Origin: Vicugna vicugna
Lineage: Eukaryota
Length of the DNA stretch: 64,000 bases
Reading direction: 5' to 3'
Assembly (NCBI GenBank): GCA_013265495.1
Contig: MU060965.1
Coordinates: forward strand, 744,001-808,000
The notes under the pieces were generated by a model. That model worked only from the letters and a program-made list of their open reading frames with translations, did no database searches and had not been told where the DNA came from. This document shows, piece after piece, positions 59,331-64,000 of this stretch. Made by a program: the position numbers and the translations under genes. How positions within the stretch are numbered: the stretch's first letter is position 1; every line of letters starts with the position of its first letter.

Positions 59331-62300
59331 GCGGCTGCTCAGCAGGACAAGCGGCTCCCTGTCCGTCCACCCGGTGGTTCTCAGAGTCTGGGGCCCAGGC
59401 CAGCAGCAGCAGCACCTGGTTAGAGAGACAGATTCCAGCCCTCCGGCCCCGCTGCCTCAGGACAGAGCACGCCCACATGAGAACCACTTACCGTCCAGCA
59501 GGCTGCATCTCCCCCGCCCGCGCCCCTTTCGGGCATGAGGGAGCCAGTATTCCAGAACTTTTCACCGGTTTTCACGCTGTCTGGTGAAATGCCCTTCTCC
59601 CCAACACGACGCTCAGGGCCCTGCGTCATCCAGGCACCTCCCCTGCACTGCCCTTGGTGGCTCACGTGGGGCCCTCACCTCCGGATTCTCCTTCCCGCCC
59701 CACCCTCCAGAGCAGTACACTCCTCAAAACAAGCGCAGCCCTCAGCCGGGCCCCCAGGCCCCTAAGCTCTTGCCCACCACACACCAAGTGGTCTTCACCC
59801 ACGCGGCTCGCACTCGAGTCTAGACCCCTGCACCCTACTGCGGCACTGCCCCCCACCGCACCTGTGCCTCCTCCGCCCTGCACGAAAGCTGGGTGCTGGG
59901 CCCCCATTCGCGTCACTGGCGGGTCTGAACAGGAACGCGCTCGCAGCCAATGGGCACCCACCCAGAGGTCAAAGGTCCTGGGCTTGCAGGGTGACCTGGG
60001 GCTCCCCGCCTGCGTTTCCTCAGCTGAGCAGTCACCACGCTGCAGGCCACACACATGCGGCACCGCATAGACGAGTCAGGGGAAGTGGAAAGTGCCACAG
60101 TTGTCCCGTGACCCCACCGGGGCCACTGGACTGTCCCCGCCGGCCTCACTGCCACCAGCAAGCACCCACGGCCCGTGGGGGCCAGGAGGGCAGTGCCTAC
60201 AGCCAGGGAGCCCGGGGGCTGGAACGGACGCTCGGCCAGCACAGGACAGTGGGCAGGAGGCTGGAGGTGGGGGTGACTCTGCTGCTGGCGGCAAGGCAGA
60301 CGCTGGCTTCCTCGTGCCTGAGGCCGGGGGGCGGGGGAGGCGGCACTTAGGAGGGGTTTAAGGGATGAAGTAAGCAAAGCTTTGCCATTGTTTCTAAAGG
60401 GCGGTGGGCTGTCCTCAGCTGTGACTCACCCGCTGAGCAGGTCTCTGGGCAGGAGGGCAGAAGCTGGGATCCCAGACGCCGCATCTGGGATGCGCGTACC
60501 CGCAGGCTCACTCTTCAGGCCGCTGCGGCAGTCCCTCAACCCCAGAGGCCCAGCACAGCTCTCCAGAACCTGCCACCCCCGCAGAGCCAGCCCCAGCCGG
60601 CCCCGCGGCTCCAGCATCTCACTCTGCTTCGCGCAACAGCTGTTCAAAACTCCAAAATCACTTCTGACATTAAGACTGGTCTAAGGAGGCAAGACACTGC
60701 CCAGTTTACCATCAGCTGCCCTGGACATACCTTGTACCGCGCACCGGGCTTGGGAGGGAGGCTGCATCACTGGTTAGACAGCCCACAACAGCCGCTGGAG
60801 GCCCTGCTGGAGGCGGAGAGCTCCAACCACCGGCCCCTCAGAGTCAGGAGGCAGTGCGGCCGCGGTGGGAGCCTCTGGCCCCACTTCAGTGAACCAGCCA
60901 CAGAGATGGTCTCTAATCTGCTGTCCCTACAGTGAGCCACAAACTGAGAGCCCGCACTGGCCGCTGGGTCTGAGTCCCAGTGCAATTTTAGAGCAGGAGA
61001 AAACTGCAAATTTAAGACTCTGGTTTTTCCTTCCTCATTCATTACTTGAAACACAGGCCAAGAGTGAGGTCGAGTTCCCAGTCCAAGACACAGTTGTGTT
61101 TTTGTCCCTTCGCCTGATGTCACCACCCTGGCAAACTGGCAGCTCACACAAACCCATGCAGGTGGTCAGGCATCCCCATCCCCAGAGAACTCAGCATGAC
61201 AAGCCCTGGCCTATCCTGGACCCCACGGGGTGGGCCTCCCACCCTCCAGGGCAGGCTGCCAGAACAGAGCAGCAAAGAGAAGGTGGGGCCCGTGGTGGGC
61301 GGGTAGCTGCCCCACACCCCGAGGGCTTCCCTGGGCCACCAGCCATGGGCTGGCTGGCTGAGCCTCGAGGGTCCGGTTTACAGCAGAAGCTCTTGGAGTG
61401 CAGAGGACAGGTGCTGGTGGGGCAGGATGCCTGTCGCCTGCTCTGAGGATCTTTATCCCCAGATCTGTCGAGCAGCCCAGCTGAGGTCAGGCAGCGCCAG
61501 GGTGAGGGGCTGCGGGGAAAGCGGCTCTGGATCCCCAGCCAAGGGCCGAGCAGCCCTGGCCGCCCCCACCCCTTCAAGGCCACAGCCACATCCAGGGGCC
61601 ACTGCCAACGGAAGAGAAACCCCCTCACATTTTCACTGGCAGCAGCTTGGCAGCAGCTCCCCCTATGTCCAGGGGCGGGACAGAGCTTTACGAATGGCGA
61701 AGGTTTATTATAACAATGTTTGTGTTGTCAGGAAAAGGAACTGCTTCTGACACTGGACGGAGCGCAGCCCGATCCCCGGCCTCCAGAGCCCCGCGTGCAG
61801 GAGAGGCAAGGGCCCGGAGGGCCAGGCGGGCACGCTGAGGCCACACGGGAGGCCACACGCAGAGGTGGGTCTGATGAAAGGCTCTCTGAAACACACAGAA
61901 AGGTCCGAAGTGAACATGCAAAGGATACAGTTGCGTACCTGGTATCTAGTAAGTGCATGTGCACACAGTGTATCTTCAGCAACAATGGAGAGGAAAGGAC
62001 TGAACAGAAGGACCAAAACGTTACAGCGGCAAACCTTTCAGTGAGGAAGTGACTCACTGTTTTCTCATTCTTGAAAATTTAGAACTAGCTTTTGCAAAAT
62101 TTCTATAGAATATGCATTATGTTTATAATTAAACAAATGCTTATAAATTTAATAGCATCTGAGATTTATTGTAAATTAAAATTTTAGATCTAATCTCTTT
62201 TGCCAACAACTCCTTTCTTTTGCACAAAACACTGACATAGTCAATTTATTATGTGTAACAATGAAGGCCATTTGTCATGACCAAGTTTAAATGCAAAATG

Positions 62301-64000
62301 AAGCAGTATAATTCAGAGCTTTGTGAGTAAATACCCACTTTACCCTAAATCAGAAACTCACTCACAAACCCCACTGGGGACGAGTGTTTCCACCCTCAGA
62401 GGCTGAGTCCCGGCAAACGGAGATTTAATGACTTTGTGAATTGTTTTCTGTTTCACTCCAGAGCCAGCCCGGCCCAAACTATGGCACACGTAGGAAGCCA
62501 CCTGCTGCGTCGGGCCCATGATGGGCACCCCACGCACACACTGGGAGCAGGTGCAGGCCCGTCCTGAAGGCTGGATGCTTAAAATAAAGAGTGTTACAAA
62601 AAAACCTTTTTATTTATCTATTTTAAACATTTTCACTACAAAAGAAATACATGTTCACATAACCAGTAATGCTACGTAAGAACACACAGGAAGTCCCTCA
62701 CCACCCTCCCTAACCTGCGCCCCCGCCAGGCTATAACCAGCACTGTCTGGTCCGATTACACCCAGACCTTGCTCGCGACCCCACAGCCCAACTGCGTGTG
62801 GGGGGGTCCTTACGTTGGTCCCCAAAACTGGACCACACTGCGTGACTCTGCCAGAAGCTTTCCTCTCCTTGCCACCTGATACACTTGCTCTGCCAGTGGA
62901 TTTAGGAATGCCGCGTTCCCCAGGAGGGCCGCCGTAGGACATGCCCAGTGCACCGGGCCCTCCAGGCTGTGGGGTCAGACCAGCGCAGCACCAGAGGAAT
63001 GCGGCTGTGTTCCCCTGGGACTGGAGGAGCTCACGCACGGGGCCTGGGGGCTCCCAGCACAGACCTGGGCGTGGCCCGCCCACCGGGGGGCGGGGGCTGC
63101 AGGTGGGCGTCTGTGCCGCACGTCCAGTCCTGCGCCTGCTCCCGTTGGGCCTATCTCAGGGTATGAGGGCCCGGCCGCCGTGAGCCAGCAGGTGGGACGC
63201 CTGCTTCAGGCTGTCACTTGGACAGGAATCGTCCTTCTCACGGAATCAGACCTGTCATCTTTTTAGCTGGCTGATGACGTGAAAGTTCCCCGGGTTCCAG
63301 AGAGCATTCACAATATTCTCCAAAATGCTCCCGGTATTTTCGTCTTGTTTTTTCACTTTGTAACCTTTAATGTGTATGGAATTGGTTTTACATGGTTTGA
63401 GCTAGAATGTGACTCTTCAAGACAGACGGCCAGTGAAGGCAGTTCCACTCACTGAGAACCACATTTTCCCCAGGACGAAGGCACCGGCTCTGCTGCCGGC
63501 AGGTGCCCTCACGTGTGCTGGCCTGGGCTATAGCCTCTACACTTTTTGCCTGCTGGGAATCTAAGAATGTCGACAGCATTGTAGAGAGCTGACCACGTCC
63601 ATCTTCTGCAAGACCACACACACGCAAAGCAACAACCTGTCACTGGCTGGTCTCCAGCTTACAACCACACTTCCACACTAACCGACACACAGAGCAGCCA
63701 CCCAGCCCTACACCGTCCGAACAGCTTCCTCTGGCTTGAAGTCTAGTGACACTAACAAACCAACTCTGGACATTCCACACTGATTCTTTAATCTGTTGTA
63801 ATCTGAGTTTATACCATCCACCCCCCACCCCCCGCTTCATCACTGCTGCCTGATTAAAGCTCATTTTACGGAAGCCTCTGTGGCCGCAGTCGGCTGTGCG
63901 GAGTCTGGGCCTGTCCGCCCCACCACTTCTATTTCTAGCTCCCAGAATCTGAGCCTCTGGCTGGCCTAGACCGTCTGCTTTTTTCAACCAAGGGCCAATT

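Noticed and set aside
59492-59580. Possible alternative first exon (ACG|GTAAGT donor, GC box, two ATGs)
   Set aside because: The ATGs end in phase 0 and phase 2, but exon 2 needs phase 1; purine-rich acceptor and no promoter evidence.
61939-61999. 61-nt (or 35-nt) exon-like segment in intron 1 with donor CAG|GTACGC
   Set aside because: Frameshifting, pyrimidine-rich exon body and an ambiguous acceptor; no distinguishing support.
1-64000. Several hundred six-frame ORFs (e.g. 5260..6180, 14545..15411, 1570..2421, 22068..22835)
   Set aside because: Expected in GC-rich eukaryotic DNA with GTG/TTG starts allowed. They have low-complexity P/G/R/A/S composition and no domain motifs. Only the segments coinciding with RASA3 exons or L1 relics are meaningful.
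52419-64000. RASA3 exon 1 (MAVEDEGLRV...KIKI) and promoter
   Set aside because: No matching sequence found; intron 1 continues past the window edge.

Overview
This is eukaryotic (mammalian), GC-rich genomic DNA. It carries exons 2-24 of RASA3 (GAP1-IP4BP; C2A-C2B-RasGAP-PH-Btk) on the minus strand, plus the 3' UTR and about 11.6 kb of intron 1. Exon 1 lies beyond the right edge. I located all 23 exons by hand. Their lengths sum to 2450 nt and splice in one open frame, which is what an 834-aa protein needs if exon 1 supplies 55 coding nt as I recall for human RASA3. All introns are GT-AG except intron 6 (GC-AG). The protein and the L1 3' ends look cetartiodactyl (inference from recalled sequences; species not determinable). 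The introns hold old L1, L2 and MIR relics, several minisatellites and one 172-N assembly gap. Almost all ORFs in the supplied track are spurious. There are no prokaryotic features, and I cannot support a wholly new biological system. The best leads are: (1) an 89-bp tandem duplication giving the last exon a second intact splice acceptor and a frameshifted Pro-rich C-terminus; (2) a 14-unit minisatellite built from CRE palindromes and their CpG-decay products; (3) two exon-like cassettes in intron 1, one a 33-nt stop-containing exon and one a 99-nt in-frame exon with a strong-Kozak ATG; (4) a hairpin-embedded intronic poly(A) signal overlapping an in-frame stop after exon 19; (5) a 45-bp E-box VNTR; (6) an ETS/AP-1 Ras-responsive-type element in intron 1. 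All are sequence-based hypotheses, not database-checked.
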